DNA of 64,000 nucleotides, taken from positions 23,795 to 87,794 of the forward strand of contig JBAZCP010000004.1 in NCBI GenBank assembly GCA_041654875.1, given 5' to 3'. The notes below the pieces were generated by a model that saw only the letters and a list, made by a program, of their open reading frames with translations, did not search any database and was not told the DNA's origin. The stretch is from Candidatus Cloacimonadales bacterium (GTDB lineage Bacteria > Cloacimonadota > Cloacimonadia > Cloacimonadales > WRIO01). Shown here one piece after another: positions 10,266 through 21,700 of the stretch. Numbering within the stretch: the first letter of the stretch is position 1; every line of letters starts with the position of its first letter. The position numbers and the translations under genes were made by a program.

Positions 10266-11032
10266 TCACTTTCCTTTGCTATAGTAAGCATATCTTTATA
10301 CGATTCGATATCGAGCGAAGCTCCACCAATCAACCCACCATCAATATCTGGACATGAAAGTAATTCTTTTATATTGCTTGGTTTGACGCTTCCACCGTAG
10401 AGAATAGCAATGCTATCAGCACTTTGTTTATTATATTTTTCTTTCAACCAAGTTCTGATAAAATGGTGTACTTCTTGTGCTTGCTCAGGAGTTGCAGTTT
10501 TACCTGTTCCAATAGCCCAAACTGGTTCATATGCCAAAACAAAAGTATCTGATTCAACTGTGTCAATCCCGTCAAAGATACCTTCAAGCTGCAACTTGAT
10601 TACTTCAAAAGTATTTCCACTTTCTCTTTCGTCTAAAGTTTCACCGATACAGATAATCGAAACAATACCATGTTCTTTTAATTTCAGATATTTAGACTGA
10701 ATTAGCTTATCATTTTCTCCATAATACTCTCTTCTTTCAGAGTGTCCTATTATACAGTATTCGACTTTAATATCTTTGAGCATATTAGCAGAAACTTCGC
10801 CTGTATATGCACCATTATCTTGTTCTGAACAATTCTGAGCACCGATTTTTATCACACTGTTTGCTGTAATTTCTTTGGCTTTTTCTAAATAAATAAATGG
10901 TGGACAAATAATTTGTTCAATCTTCTCCGATTCATAACTATTGTTAAAATCAATCAAACTATTTAAAAATAAGACCGTTTCAGCACAAGACTTATTCATC
11001 TTCCAATTACCAGCTATATAGATTTTTCGCAT
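10259..11032 (-). CDS. tpiA: Triosephosphate isomerase
   Basis: IAGNWKMN, IGHSERR and AYEPVWAIGTG motifs. I prefer the start at 11032 (MRKIYIAGNWKMN), preceded by an AAGGAG SD. Confidence 0.95.
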   Translation of the reverse strand: MRKIYIAGNWKMNKSCAETVLFLNSLIDFNNSYESEKIEQIICPPFIYLEKAKEITANSVIKIGAQNCSEQDNGAYTGEVSANMLKDIKVEYCIIGHSERREYYGENDKLIQSKYLKLKEHGIVSIICIGETLDERESGNTFEVIKLQLEGIFDGIDTVESDTFVLAYEPVWAIGTGKTATPEQAQEVHHFIRTWLKEKYNKQSADSIAILYGGSVKPSNIKELLSCPDIDGGLIGGASLDIESYKDMLTIAKESEC

Positions 11033-11042
11033 TAATGTCTCC

Positions 11043-11726
11043 TTATTCTTCCTCATCAAGCACAGAAATATTTAGCGTATTGATTTGCGATTGCCAATCT
11101 TTCAATTTAGCGGTAATGAGTGCTTTACCTGAAGTAGAACTTTTGAATTTATTAATAGCCACTCCATTAATATCAGTAGCAACAGAGTCATGTTCTACAA
11201 TCCCTAAACTTGATACAAATTTTATGTATTTGTTGTTCATTGGTGGAATAACTTTAGCAACAAGAGTTGCCTCATCGATATTATCTGCAATTATTGTATC
11301 TTTATTGGTGGTAAAGCTACTTATTTCTGGCAGACTAACCAATATCGAGCCATTAACATTTGAACTCCAGTTTTTGACTTTAAAATTGATATTTGCAATC
11401 CCTTCATGACGGCTTATGATTGTTGCTTCAGCCACAGCCCTATCGTCAGTTCTGAGCAATTTCTCATTTCCAGTATTTGTAAGAATAGCGATTATTGAAT
11501 CATCAAACGTAAGTTCAATAAGAGCATTTTTTGTTTGATCATCTTTACCTGTCAGACTAACTATTGCTTTTGCCTCATAATATGAATTATCACCTAAATG
11601 TGGATAGTATATCTTTTCCTTATCGATAGATACGCTAATATCAGGTCGCTCAGTGTTTCGTGAATCACAACTTATTATACTTAAGGCCATAACACATAAG
11701 AATAAAGATAAAAAGATATTTTTCAA
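11043..11726 (-). CDS. Lipoprotein with bacterial Ig-like (Big) domains
   Basis: Lipobox LSIISC, plus beta-rich repeats ending in ATDINGVAINKFKSSTSGKALITAKL, which look like Big_1. Confidence 0.55.
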   Translation of the reverse strand: MKNIFLSLFLCVMALSIISCDSRNTERPDISVSIDKEKIYYPHLGDNSYYEAKAIVSLTGKDDQTKNALIELTFDDSIIAILTNTGNEKLLRTDDRAVAEATIISRHEGIANINFKVKNWSSNVNGSILVSLPEISSFTTNKDTIIADNIDEATLVAKVIPPMNNKYIKFVSSLGIVEHDSVATDINGVAINKFKSSTSGKALITAKLKDWQSQINTLNISVLDEEE

Positions 11727-11727
11727 A

Positions 11728-12786
11728 TTATCTACCTTTATTTATATATTCTAAGAATTGAGTTGCAGACGGTCCATATTTAGCATTTCCAACTAATTGT
11801 TCGAAATCATCTTTAGCTGCAGATTTATTGTTGGAATAATAATAAGCTAATGCTCTAAAATAGATTGCATCAAAGTTATTAGGTGTATTAGAAATAACTA
11901 TATTTGAATAGGTTATAGTTTTATTATAGTCTTTTTTCTCATAGTATTTTGATGTGAGAAATAAAGCAAGCTGATTATCATTTTTTATCTCAAGTGCTTT
12001 TTCTGCATAAACAATTGAATTATCTACATCTTTAAGCTTATTATAAAGACTGCTAAGATTCTTATAAGTTTTAAAAAGGTCAGCTTCTGATGGGTTACTT
12101 GCCAAGAAATCCTCATAAGTTTTTAATGCTTCTGCATTTTTCTTTAACTTGATATAAAGATCAGCAATTTTTTCAAATATATCAGCATCTCCGCTTTGTT
12201 CATATGCGTATCTATACCACTCAATTGCACTTTCATATTCCTTTGTTCTTGCGTATCTATCTGCAATAGCAAGCTTTGCAGTATTTGTTTTAAATTTACT
12301 TTCATAGTTAACCCATATATCTACTGCTTTTTTATTGTTTTTCAATCCAACAGCATAGATAGTTGAAACATTTTTGACTACTGCTTCGTTATTTGGTTCA
12401 TACTCAAGAAATTTTTCTCCCCATAATACTGCTTTATCGTACATTTTTGCATTAGTAGCAGTTATATAAAGATTATTTGCTATTCTTTTTAGTTCTTCAT
12501 CAAATGGTGTGATATCTGTAACGGCTTCTTTATAAGTATTAAAAGCCTTTTCATACTCATAAAAAGCTTCATCATATTTATTGATTGTAAATAAAGAATC
12601 TCCTGCAGTTGCAAATTCTGACGCAATTCGCTCAAGTGATTTCTCATAAACAACAACAGCTTCTTCAGTTTGCTCACCAAGACCACCATCAATCATTTCT
12701 TCTTGTTGAGCAAATAGTCCAACAACCACCATCATCATAACACTTAAAATCAGAAAAGCTTTCCTCGTTTTCATTTTTTCCTCCAT
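11728..12786 (-). CDS. TPR-repeat protein, secreted
   Basis: Signal peptide, then repeated A-x-x-Y/F-x-x-A 34-residue-like units throughout. Confidence 0.7.
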   Translation of the reverse strand: MEEKMKTRKAFLILSVMMMVVVGLFAQQEEMIDGGLGEQTEEAVVVYEKSLERIASEFATAGDSLFTINKYDEAFYEYEKAFNTYKEAVTDITPFDEELKRIANNLYITATNAKMYDKAVLWGEKFLEYEPNNEAVVKNVSTIYAVGLKNNKKAVDIWVNYESKFKTNTAKLAIADRYARTKEYESAIEWYRYAYEQSGDADIFEKIADLYIKLKKNAEALKTYEDFLASNPSEADLFKTYKNLSSLYNKLKDVDNSIVYAEKALEIKNDNQLALFLTSKYYEKKDYNKTITYSNIVISNTPNNFDAIYFRALAYYYSNNKSAAKDDFEQLVGNAKYGPSATQFLEYINKGR

Positions 12787-12927
12787 AATTATCTTATATT
12801 ATCTATCAAATATTACAAAACTATTATTTTTGTCAATCAAATTATTACATTTATTGTTTTTATTAAAAAATACTTAGCGAAACCAATTGTATTATACGCT
12901 TCATAAACGACATTTGCTCATTGATGA

Positions 12928-14175
12928 CTACTTTACGAAAACTCCTTTTTTCATAACTTTATCGACACTATTAGATCCGAAGTGATATGGTATAAACCTA
13001 TATGATGGTATTTTTAAAAATATTAAATCCGCTTGCTTACCTTTTTCTACACTTCCTATTAAATTATTTCTTTCAATGCTACACGCAGCATTAAATGTAG
13101 CAGCACATATTGCCTCAGCTGGTGTCATGCCCATTTTTAAGCAAGACAAAGTTATCACAAATTGCATACTATCGCAATTACAAGATCCTGGATTATAGTC
13201 AGATGCAATAGCTACAGGTAATTGTTTCTCAATCATATCTCTTGCACGTGCATAAGATTTTGCTCGTAAGCTAAATAAAGTTGCAGGTAAAAGTGTAGCA
13301 ATTGTACCTCCTTCTTTCATTGCCAAAATCCCTTCATCAGAGCATGCACCAAGATGGTCTGCTGAAATTGCCCCAAGCTCTCCTGCCAGTTCTGCTCCTC
13401 CAATTGCTTCGATTTCATCAGCATGCATACGGATTTTGAAACCTAATTCTTTTGCTTTTCTCAAGATTCTTCTTGATTCTTCAATCCCATAAACATGAGC
13501 TTCTGTAAAAATATCCACATACTCAGCCAAACCTTGCCTCATCACTTCGGGCATCATTTCTTCTTCCATCAGCTTGATATATGCTTCTCTATTATCACGG
13601 TATTCTTGAGGTATTTCATGTGCACCCATTAACGTGGACACAATATCTATAGGCAATTCGTGCTGTAAACGACGAATTACTTTCAGCATTTTTATTTCTG
13701 ATTCTGTTGTTAAGCCATAACCACTTTTTGCTTCAATTGTTGTGGTACCATACTCAATCATTTTCAAAACACGTTCCTTTGCAAGCTCAAAAAGCTCATC
13801 TTCGCTTGCTTCTCTTACTGCTTTGATGCTTGACAAGATACCGCCACCAGCTTTAGATATTTCAACATAAGTCTTGCCCATAATACGCATTTCAAATTCA
13901 TTTTCTCGGGTATTTACAAAAATGGGGTGTGTATGTGGATCGACAAAGCCTGGCATCACTACATAGTCACTTGCATCTATAAAATCTCTTGCAATATATG
14001 CTTTTTTTATTGTTTCATTTTCAGCTATATCTAAAATCTTACCATCATGTATTGCTATGCTTACACCATGCTTAAGTCCGAGTTCGCTCATTTCTTTGCC
14101 AAATCGTGCTCTATTTGGACCTTCCATACTTACTAATTCTTTAATATCATATATGATTGTATCAACTGACTTCAT
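12928..14175 (-). CDS. hutI: Imidazolonepropionase-like amidohydrolase
   Basis: PGFVDPHTHP, KAGGGI, EAKSGYGL, MGAHEIP, RMHADE, SADHL and SDYNPGS in HutI order. No other hut genes are adjacent. Confidence 0.8.
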   Translation of the reverse strand: MKSVDTIIYDIKELVSMEGPNRARFGKEMSELGLKHGVSIAIHDGKILDIAENETIKKAYIARDFIDASDYVVMPGFVDPHTHPIFVNTRENEFEMRIMGKTYVEISKAGGGILSSIKAVREASEDELFELAKERVLKMIEYGTTTIEAKSGYGLTTESEIKMLKVIRRLQHELPIDIVSTLMGAHEIPQEYRDNREAYIKLMEEEMMPEVMRQGLAEYVDIFTEAHVYGIEESRRILRKAKELGFKIRMHADEIEAIGGAELAGELGAISADHLGACSDEGILAMKEGGTIATLLPATLFSLRAKSYARARDMIEKQLPVAIASDYNPGSCNCDSMQFVITLSCLKMGMTPAEAICAATFNAACSIERNNLIGSVEKGKQADLIFLKIPSYRFIPYHFGSNSVDKVMKKGVFVK

Positions 14176-14192
14176 TTCTTTTTTCCTATATA

Positions 14193-15353
14193 TTAATTTA
14201 TTTCTGGTTCTAAGCTAACATATTTTGAGGCTGGTACAAGCTCAAACCCCATTTCTTCCGCTGCTAATATAAATCGGTTTAGCCTATCTAAACGTGCTTT
14301 ATCATGGCAATGAGTAATCACCAATGCTTTACCTGTAAGATTTCTTAGTTTTCTTAAATCATTTATTCTTTCTTCCAAAACTTCATCTGAATTTGCTGGT
14401 GCATCCAAAAAAAGATTTCTCTCTGCTGCTGGAATGTTCATATCTACGGCAGTCTTGTATGCAATTGAATTACCTATGGTTTTACTGTCCACAAAGAAAA
14501 GTTCTTTTTCCTGCAAAACACTCAACACAGCCTCCATTAACTCCTGATTTGAACTAATTTTACTACCCATGTGTTGATTTGCTCCAACAGCATAAGGTAA
14601 CTCTTTAAAATAAGATTGAACTTTTGCTTTTGCTTGAGCAGCTGTCATATGGCTGAAAACTGCATTTGAACCTGGATTTGCTTGTGGGTTAATTGCTTGC
14701 ATTGGAATATGTACAATTACTTCATGCCCACTATTTAAGGCTTTCTCCATTGCAAGTTTACTATGTGGCAAGCCAGGAATAACGGCAAATGTTATTTCTG
14801 GTCTGCTTGCCGCAAATTCGTCCAACAATTTAGTGTTGTAGTTACCAAAATCATCAACGATTACACATAAATATGCAGTGTCAATTTTTCTTTCTCCTGC
14901 CTTAAAACCAGGATTTACGTCTTGGTAATAAATCTCGATTATATAGTTTTGCCTATGGATTTTATCATAGTATTCACGGATAACCTTTTTTTGGCTATCT
15001 GTTATTGAGCGGGCAACTTGACCGCCTATTTGTTCAATACTACCTTGCAAAACCATATCAATATTATCTAAATCTATTCTTTCTTCAATAGGTATATAAA
15101 AATAAATACCGTCATCTTTTTGCAGCTTCTTAATTGTTGTTGGGCTAATGTCGTATTTATCGAGTGTAATTAATATCACTTTTTCTATTGACGTTTGTTC
15201 TTCATTCTTTGCTTCAACTTTTTCACGTTGAGGTATATTGCTGTCATCAAGCAATTTCTTGTTTACTTTATCTTTTTTACTGCATGTAATAAACAGGACA
15301 AGAGATATAGCTATAACTATAAAGTATAGCGTCTTAGTGATTTGTCTATTCAT
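14193..15353 (-). CDS. Divergent polysaccharide deacetylase (YibQ-like), membrane-anchored
   Basis: N-terminal TM/lipobox, then VIVDDFG, FAVIPG and HIPMQ motifs of the YibQ/DUF610 family. Confidence 0.7.
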   Translation of the reverse strand: MNRQITKTLYFIVIAISLVLFITCSKKDKVNKKLLDDSNIPQREKVEAKNEEQTSIEKVILITLDKYDISPTTIKKLQKDDGIYFYIPIEERIDLDNIDMVLQGSIEQIGGQVARSITDSQKKVIREYYDKIHRQNYIIEIYYQDVNPGFKAGERKIDTAYLCVIVDDFGNYNTKLLDEFAASRPEITFAVIPGLPHSKLAMEKALNSGHEVIVHIPMQAINPQANPGSNAVFSHMTAAQAKAKVQSYFKELPYAVGANQHMGSKISSNQELMEAVLSVLQEKELFFVDSKTIGNSIAYKTAVDMNIPAAERNLFLDAPANSDEVLEERINDLRKLRNLTGKALVITHCHDKARLDRLNRFILAAEEMGFELVPASKYVSLEPEIN

Positions 15354-15570
15354 AGAACTCTCCTTTATGCATTTATCCTATTACCATTAAATGATTTCTA
15401 TAAAATAAGTCAATATTTTTTTTACTAATAATATAATAAGCTATATTCAAACAAAATGCAAACACTAAAATAATTACAAAAAAAGATAGACAACTAATAT
15501 AAAATATGTTATACTTTTTGTAGTACTAAGTGAGTTTATAAACTATAAGCAAAAAAGAATCGAGTAGAAA

Positions 15571-16335
15571 ATGAAAAAGCATAACAAAAAAACCATATTA
15601 ATTGTAGAGGATGATTTGCTATTTGCCAAGATTATTGTCGAGATAATCAACGATCAAGGCTATCAAACCTATCACACAAGTACTGGACAAGCTACCTTAG
15701 CCTGGTTAAAAGAAAATAAAGCAGATTTACTGCTCATTGATTATTCATTGCCAGACATGAATGCTTCAATTCTAACAAGCCTATTATCAAGTGATTACAA
15801 TATGGCACCTTTTATAATCTTTACTGGTGCAGGTGACGAAATGATTGCCACTGATATGATGAAAAGGGGTGCAAGAGATTATTTATCTAAAGATTCAAAA
15901 TTTTTAATTAATCTTCCGTTAGTTGTCAATAAAACTATAAAAGATCTTGAAAATGAAAAAAAACTCAAAACAATTGAAAATAATCTTAACCAAATAAAAA
16001 CCTTATACAAAGCTTTGATTGACAGCATTCATAGCATTTTTTTATTCTTTGATTCCAAAAATGAATTACAGTTAGCAAACAAGTTTACTATACAAGCATT
16101 AGGAATTGACCAAGAAAAATGTATTGGACAAAGCATTACAAGCCTCGCTATCCAATACCCAAAATACTCGAAGTTATTTTCAATACCTAAACAATATCAA
16201 AATTGTACAGAAATTGATGTATTATTCGTTATAAACGAACATTTAATTAAATATAAAATCAAAAAACTCCCCATATATGACGAAGATAATAATTTTCTTG
16301 GGACCTTCTTTATCAACAAAGAAATTGTTGATTAG
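15571..16335 (+). CDS. Response regulator with C-terminal PAS-like domain
   Basis: Receiver motifs EDD...LLLIDYSLPDMN...FTGAGDE...DYLSKD. The C-terminal roughly 110 aa resemble a PAS fold. Confidence 0.8.
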   Translation: MKKHNKKTILIVEDDLLFAKIIVEIINDQGYQTYHTSTGQATLAWLKENKADLLLIDYSLPDMNASILTSLLSSDYNMAPFIIFTGAGDEMIATDMMKRGARDYLSKDSKFLINLPLVVNKTIKDLENEKKLKTIENNLNQIKTLYKALIDSIHSIFLFFDSKNELQLANKFTIQALGIDQEKCIGQSITSLAIQYPKYSKLFSIPKQYQNCTEIDVLFVINEHLIKYKIKKLPIYDEDNNFLGTFFINKEIVD

Positions 16336-16495
16336 TAAACATAAATACATTTTAAAACCATTTTATCACAGCTTTGGAAGATAAATTGCTTAATAATACT
16401 TTATAAAGAAGATGTTTTCTCGAACAATAATAATAATTAGCTCTTTTTAAAGACCATAGATGTGAACACATAACAAATTATTTTACGGAGGATTT

Positions 16496-18691
16496 GTGAA
16501 AAAAATAGCACTATTATGGCTATTATTATGTTCAATTTCCCTATGGGGGAATGAATATAATTACCCAAATTACTCTCAGTTGATTAATCAATACGAACAA
16601 CTATTGTTACAGAATAACGAACTAATGAATAGCTTTGATATCGGAAATACTTCAAACAATACCATTAAAGTATATAAAATCACAAATGAGAACTCAGCTG
16701 AGATAAACAAAAAAAACATACTGATAATTGGCAATATCTATGCAAAAGATATTGTTGAAGCAAATATAAGCTACCTTTGGACTCAAGACTTACTGCAAAA
16801 CAACAATTTATCATATCTTGACAACCTAAATATCTACATTATACCAAGCCTAAACCCTGACGGCATGGACACATCACTCCAAACTCAAAACAGTCTTCTT
16901 CTCACGAATAACGAGGGTATTAACATTAACCGAAACTTCTCTTTCAATTGGATACACGGCAATTCAGATGAAGATAATACTCAAAATCAATACAATAAAG
17001 GAGAATATCCATACTCGTCAAATGAGGCTTTGGCATTACAAAACTTTTTAAACAATTACAAAATTGAATTCTGCCTTTTCAATATGACAGATGAGCTTGC
17101 ACAAAACCAAGTAAAGTTCCCATATAAATGGGCTGAGATTAGAGAATCACCCGACTTTAATGCTTTCAACAAATTAGCACAAAACACAGCTAACATTGTA
17201 AATAACAATTGGATACACAATCCAAATACTGAAAGAAACGGTAATTTGCTTGATGAGCTCTATGTAAACTATGGTATTATACCTTTTCAATTATCTTTCG
17301 GTTTTCATTATGTTTTACCAGATGAAAATGAAGTAATCCAACAAAAGAACTATCTCACTTCAATAATAAATCATTTTTTTGACACCATTGTCAACTACGA
17401 ATCAGTTGATAACACAAAACCAGGATTTCTTGAACTTAATATCGTTGATAATAATACTTTACAAAATATTGAAGCAAATGTTTCTATTGACGGCTTGCAT
17501 ACAACAGCATTTCAAAATAACAAAAGCAATGCAGAAAACGGAATGTATTATCGATTTATATCAGAAGGCACATATTATTTAATAATTGAGAAAAAAGGAT
17601 ATGAAACTCATTATCAACAAATTTCTATAAATGAAAACCAACATCTTTATCAGCAAATACAATTACAAGCAAAAGAGCCAGCAAATATTCATTTTGAAGT
17701 AAGCCAAGACAATCAAGCTCTAAGCTCAATACTTTATATTAATTTAGATGGATTTGAAGATATAATCACAATAGATGGCTCTGCAAGCTATGAAACCTTT
17801 GAAGGACAACACGAGTTTACACTATTTACACAAAGTTTAGCTCCAATTAAAAAATCCATTTATATAAGACCTGGAACCAATAACATACATTTCGAACCAG
17901 CCTATACCAACCATATTTTTTACGAAGATTTTGAAGGCACGTGTTGCCTATGGATTATGAACGGCCCGTGGCTGGTCGTTAGCGATAGTACACATAACAG
18001 TTATTTTATTAAAGACAGTTATAGTGATACAGGTTTTTATGATGTAAATGCAGATTACACATTAGAAATATCAGCTCCATTAAGCCTCATAGGCTACACT
18101 GGGCAAGATGTTTTTCTAAGCTTTGAACACTCAGTATATACTGAATGGGACAACGATTACGTAACAATTGAGGTTTCTTATGATGCAATTAATTGGAATC
18201 CAATCTTTAAATATGCTGGCAATACAAAAGGATGGAGGCATGAGCTTATATCCCTAAATAACTTTGTTGAAAATGACCTTTTTCTAAGATTTAGACTAAA
18301 AGACGGTATAGAAGATTATGCAAATCACCCTATGCTTACAGATCCTGGATGGAAGATTGATAATATTGAAATTACTGGCAGTGTTTCTACCGTAAATACT
18401 CAAGAACTATTAATAGAAAAGCCCAACTTACCAATTATAAACACATATCCAAACCCATTCAACCCACTTCTAAATATTAGTTTTGATATTAAAAACAAAA
18501 CCGAAATACTCGATATAAAGATTTTTAATATCAAGGGACAATTAGTTGAGCAAACAAAACTTACAGACAAACAAATAAAGAGTGGGCATTATGTATGGAA
18601 TGCAAAGTCTCTGTCATCAGGGATTTACTTCGTTACATTAATTGTAGACAATACCCACAAAATTACCAAAAAAGTAATACTATTAAAATAA
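16496..18691 (+). CDS. M14 carboxypeptidase-like protein with CarboxypepD_reg-like and MAM/LamG-like domains and a T9SS C-terminal sorting domain. The active site appears degenerate.
   Basis: GTG start after a GGAGGA SD. M14 scaffold motifs IPSLNPDG and NINRNF are present. The C-terminus TYPNPFNPLLNISF...SGIYFVTL is a T9SS CTD. Confidence 0.75.
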   Translation: MKKIALLWLLLCSISLWGNEYNYPNYSQLINQYEQLLLQNNELMNSFDIGNTSNNTIKVYKITNENSAEINKKNILIIGNIYAKDIVEANISYLWTQDLLQNNNLSYLDNLNIYIIPSLNPDGMDTSLQTQNSLLLTNNEGININRNFSFNWIHGNSDEDNTQNQYNKGEYPYSSNEALALQNFLNNYKIEFCLFNMTDELAQNQVKFPYKWAEIRESPDFNAFNKLAQNTANIVNNNWIHNPNTERNGNLLDELYVNYGIIPFQLSFGFHYVLPDENEVIQQKNYLTSIINHFFDTIVNYESVDNTKPGFLELNIVDNNTLQNIEANVSIDGLHTTAFQNNKSNAENGMYYRFISEGTYYLIIEKKGYETHYQQISINENQHLYQQIQLQAKEPANIHFEVSQDNQALSSILYINLDGFEDIITIDGSASYETFEGQHEFTLFTQSLAPIKKSIYIRPGTNNIHFEPAYTNHIFYEDFEGTCCLWIMNGPWLVVSDSTHNSYFIKDSYSDTGFYDVNADYTLEISAPLSLIGYTGQDVFLSFEHSVYTEWDNDYVTIEVSYDAINWNPIFKYAGNTKGWRHELISLNNFVENDLFLRFRLKDGIEDYANHPMLTDPGWKIDNIEITGSVSTVNTQELLIEKPNLPIINTYPNPFNPLLNISFDIKNKTEILDIKIFNIKGQLVEQTKLTDKQIKSGHYVWNAKSLSSGIYFVTLIVDNTHKITKKVILLK

Positions 18692-18711
18692 ACAATAAAA
18701 GGAGAACTAAT

Positions 18712-21700
18712 ATGAAAAAAACGTGTCTTATAATAAGTTTATTCATGCTTATTTTAGGCATTAATGCTTATCAAGTTGATGAAGACATCGTGCAAACACC
18801 ACTTTTTGAACATCAGGCAGTTAACCAAGCAAATATCGTACAAATAGAATTAGAAAATAAACTCTTAGACTGGAACTTAGCTAAATCTGCCGATATTGAA
18901 AACTTTACCTTTAGCAAGACTTATGCTTTACCTTATCATAATATAGAGCTTGATATTCAAAGCATTGTACTTGAAAGCTACAATCAAAACGGCGAACGTG
19001 TTCAAAATAGAAATATTAGTATTGATGATTTTGCAGTAATATCAAACCAATTCATCTTCAAAGAGATGAGAGGTTTTACTATTAATTTCAACCCTGTATT
19101 TGTAAATAATAACGAAATTACAATTGTAAAAAATGCAAAACTTAATATTATTGGAAATAATAAAGCTGAAGAAGCTGAAGCTGTCTCAGAAGCTTTCATT
19201 TCTCTTTACGAACATCTTGCAGCAAACTATCATGGCTCATATTTGAGCAACACTCCTATCAAAAAACCATCAATGCTTATTATCTCTCATAATGTACTTG
19301 AAACCTATTTAAATACATATATACAGTGGAGAAAAGCATCTGGTTTTGATATTCATGTGATTAACAAAGAAACTATTGGTACAAACCCAACAAACACTCA
19401 AATTAAGCAAGCTATAGTTAATTATTACAATGATGCAAGCAACAAACCCGATTATTTGCTCATTGTTGGAGATTCAAATAATAGTAGCTATTTCAAACTA
19501 CCTACCTTCTATGTTCAAGCACCAGATAATCCTGAAGTATGTGCTACTGACTTGGACTATACACTTATAGAGGGTGATGACTATTTTCCAGAAATGTTAG
19601 TAGGAAGATTCTGCGTCGATTCTGTTACCGAATTTCAGACTATTGTAAGCAAAACAATTAAGTATGAAAGAACACCTGCACAAAACACTAATAACTGGCA
19701 AAATAAAGCATTAGTCGTCGCTGGTAATTATGCATCAGGTAATCTTATTCCAACAAGCCCTGTTGACACTTCGAGATGGATGTATGAAAAGTTTAAAGCA
19801 TCTGGATACACAGTGGTAGATACTGTCTTTTATCAAAATGAATCGGGCAGTGGCTCATCACCTGAATACCTAACAGAACAAATTATTAATGCCGTCAACA
19901 GCGGTGTTCAATATATTACTTATCGTGGTTGGGGTAGTGGCAATGGCTGGCAATTCCCAATTTTTTATCGAAACCATGTAAATGCTACAAATAATAACGG
20001 CAGAACACCTATCATTTATTCAATAGTGTGCGATAATGGCGATTTTGACAACTCAAATTATGACCCTTGCTTTGGTGAAGTTTGGATGGCAAAAGGTACT
20101 GCAACTGAATCAGACGGTGCTGTGGGCTTTGTTGGACCAAGCTATTTATACACATCTACTGCACTAAACAACTGCATATCTTCTGGTATGTTAAGATCTG
20201 TTTTAGATGAGTATGCTCGCATATTTGGAACAACTGTAATGCGCGGTAAAATCGAATTATACAATAATTTCCCTAATGCTCGAGCAAATGGAGAAAATGT
20301 TCCCTTTTACTTTAGAATATATAATATGCTTAGCGATCCTGCTCTTAGTATGTGGAAACTATCTCCAAAGAATATGACTCATAACTTACCTGAAACAATA
20401 GATGAATCCACTAACCACATTGAAATAAATGTGCCTGGAATTGTTCATGGTTACGCAACTTGTACAAAAGATAATAATAATTATACTTATGCAAAAATTA
20501 CTGATGGTTATGCTTTATTACCAATCGACAATACTATTGAAGGAAATGCAAGAGTTACTATTACTGCAAAAAATTACCTGCCTGTTGTCAAATCAATCAC
20601 TGTCAATCAATCAAATAGTGTCAGCCTTGTTTCTCATACTTTTGACAATGACGGGCTAATATCTGGACAAAGCTCTGTGCTCAGCCTAACTATCAAAAAC
20701 TTTAGCAATGAAACTATTAGTAATGCAAATGTACAAATTACTGCAGCTTCTGATTTTACTTCTTTTGATGAAAGTAATATAGATTTGGGAAATATTGCTG
20801 CTGGTGAATCTAAAACAGTATCAACAACAGTAAACGTATCATCAGAATGCCCTGACCAAACTGTTGAAACATTCTTATTGAGTTTTAGCCCAAGCAATAA
20901 TACAGCAAAATTCTCTGCCATAATTGGCGGGCTTGCATTTGACATTACAAATGCTCAAGTTAATAATAGCAGCGGAATAATCAACCCTGGCAATACTGAG
21001 ACAATAAAATTTACTGCTAAAAATATCAGCTCCATAAATGCTCAAAACCTTAGTGTAACAATAAACCCAATGACAAATGCTGTAGAATGTGATTCTTCTC
21101 CGATATCAATCAATGATATAAATGCAGGAAATACCGCAGAAATCAGTTTTGAACTCTCAGTACAAGAAAATGCTTATGTTGGTCGTATTGCACAATTCTA
21201 TGCCGATTTTACTACTGCTGATGGCAAGTCATCGCGTGCATATTTTGCCATAACTATCGGAAATGTCGATAACACAGCTCCAACAGGACCAGATAAATAT
21301 GGCTATTTTGCTTATGACAGCAATGATACAAACTATCCACAAGCACCAGTATACAATTGGATTGAGCTTGATGACAACACTGCAACTACTATTTTATTAA
21401 GAGATGATGAATCTGCAAGTATCAACCTCCCAATTACATTTAGATATTATGGACAAGACTATGATAGTATGACTATATGCTCGAATGGCTGGGTGTCTTT
21501 TATCGAAACATGGCAAAACGATTTCACAAACTGGAATATCCCAGCGGCTTTAGGTCCTTATGCAATGCTTGCACCATACTGGGACGACCTAAAAGGCTTA
21601 ATGACGGCTCCTGGTACGTGGGACCCTGTAAAAGTAAGATATTATCACGACCAACAAAACAACAGATTTATCATAGATTGGAAAGACACATATAATGGCT

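Noticed and set aside
18595-18711. The upstream extension of the C25 ORF (track start MECKVSVIRD...).
   Set aside because: It overlaps the end of the preceding gene and has no SD. The internal ATG at 18712 has an AAAGGAG SD and starts a classic signal peptide.
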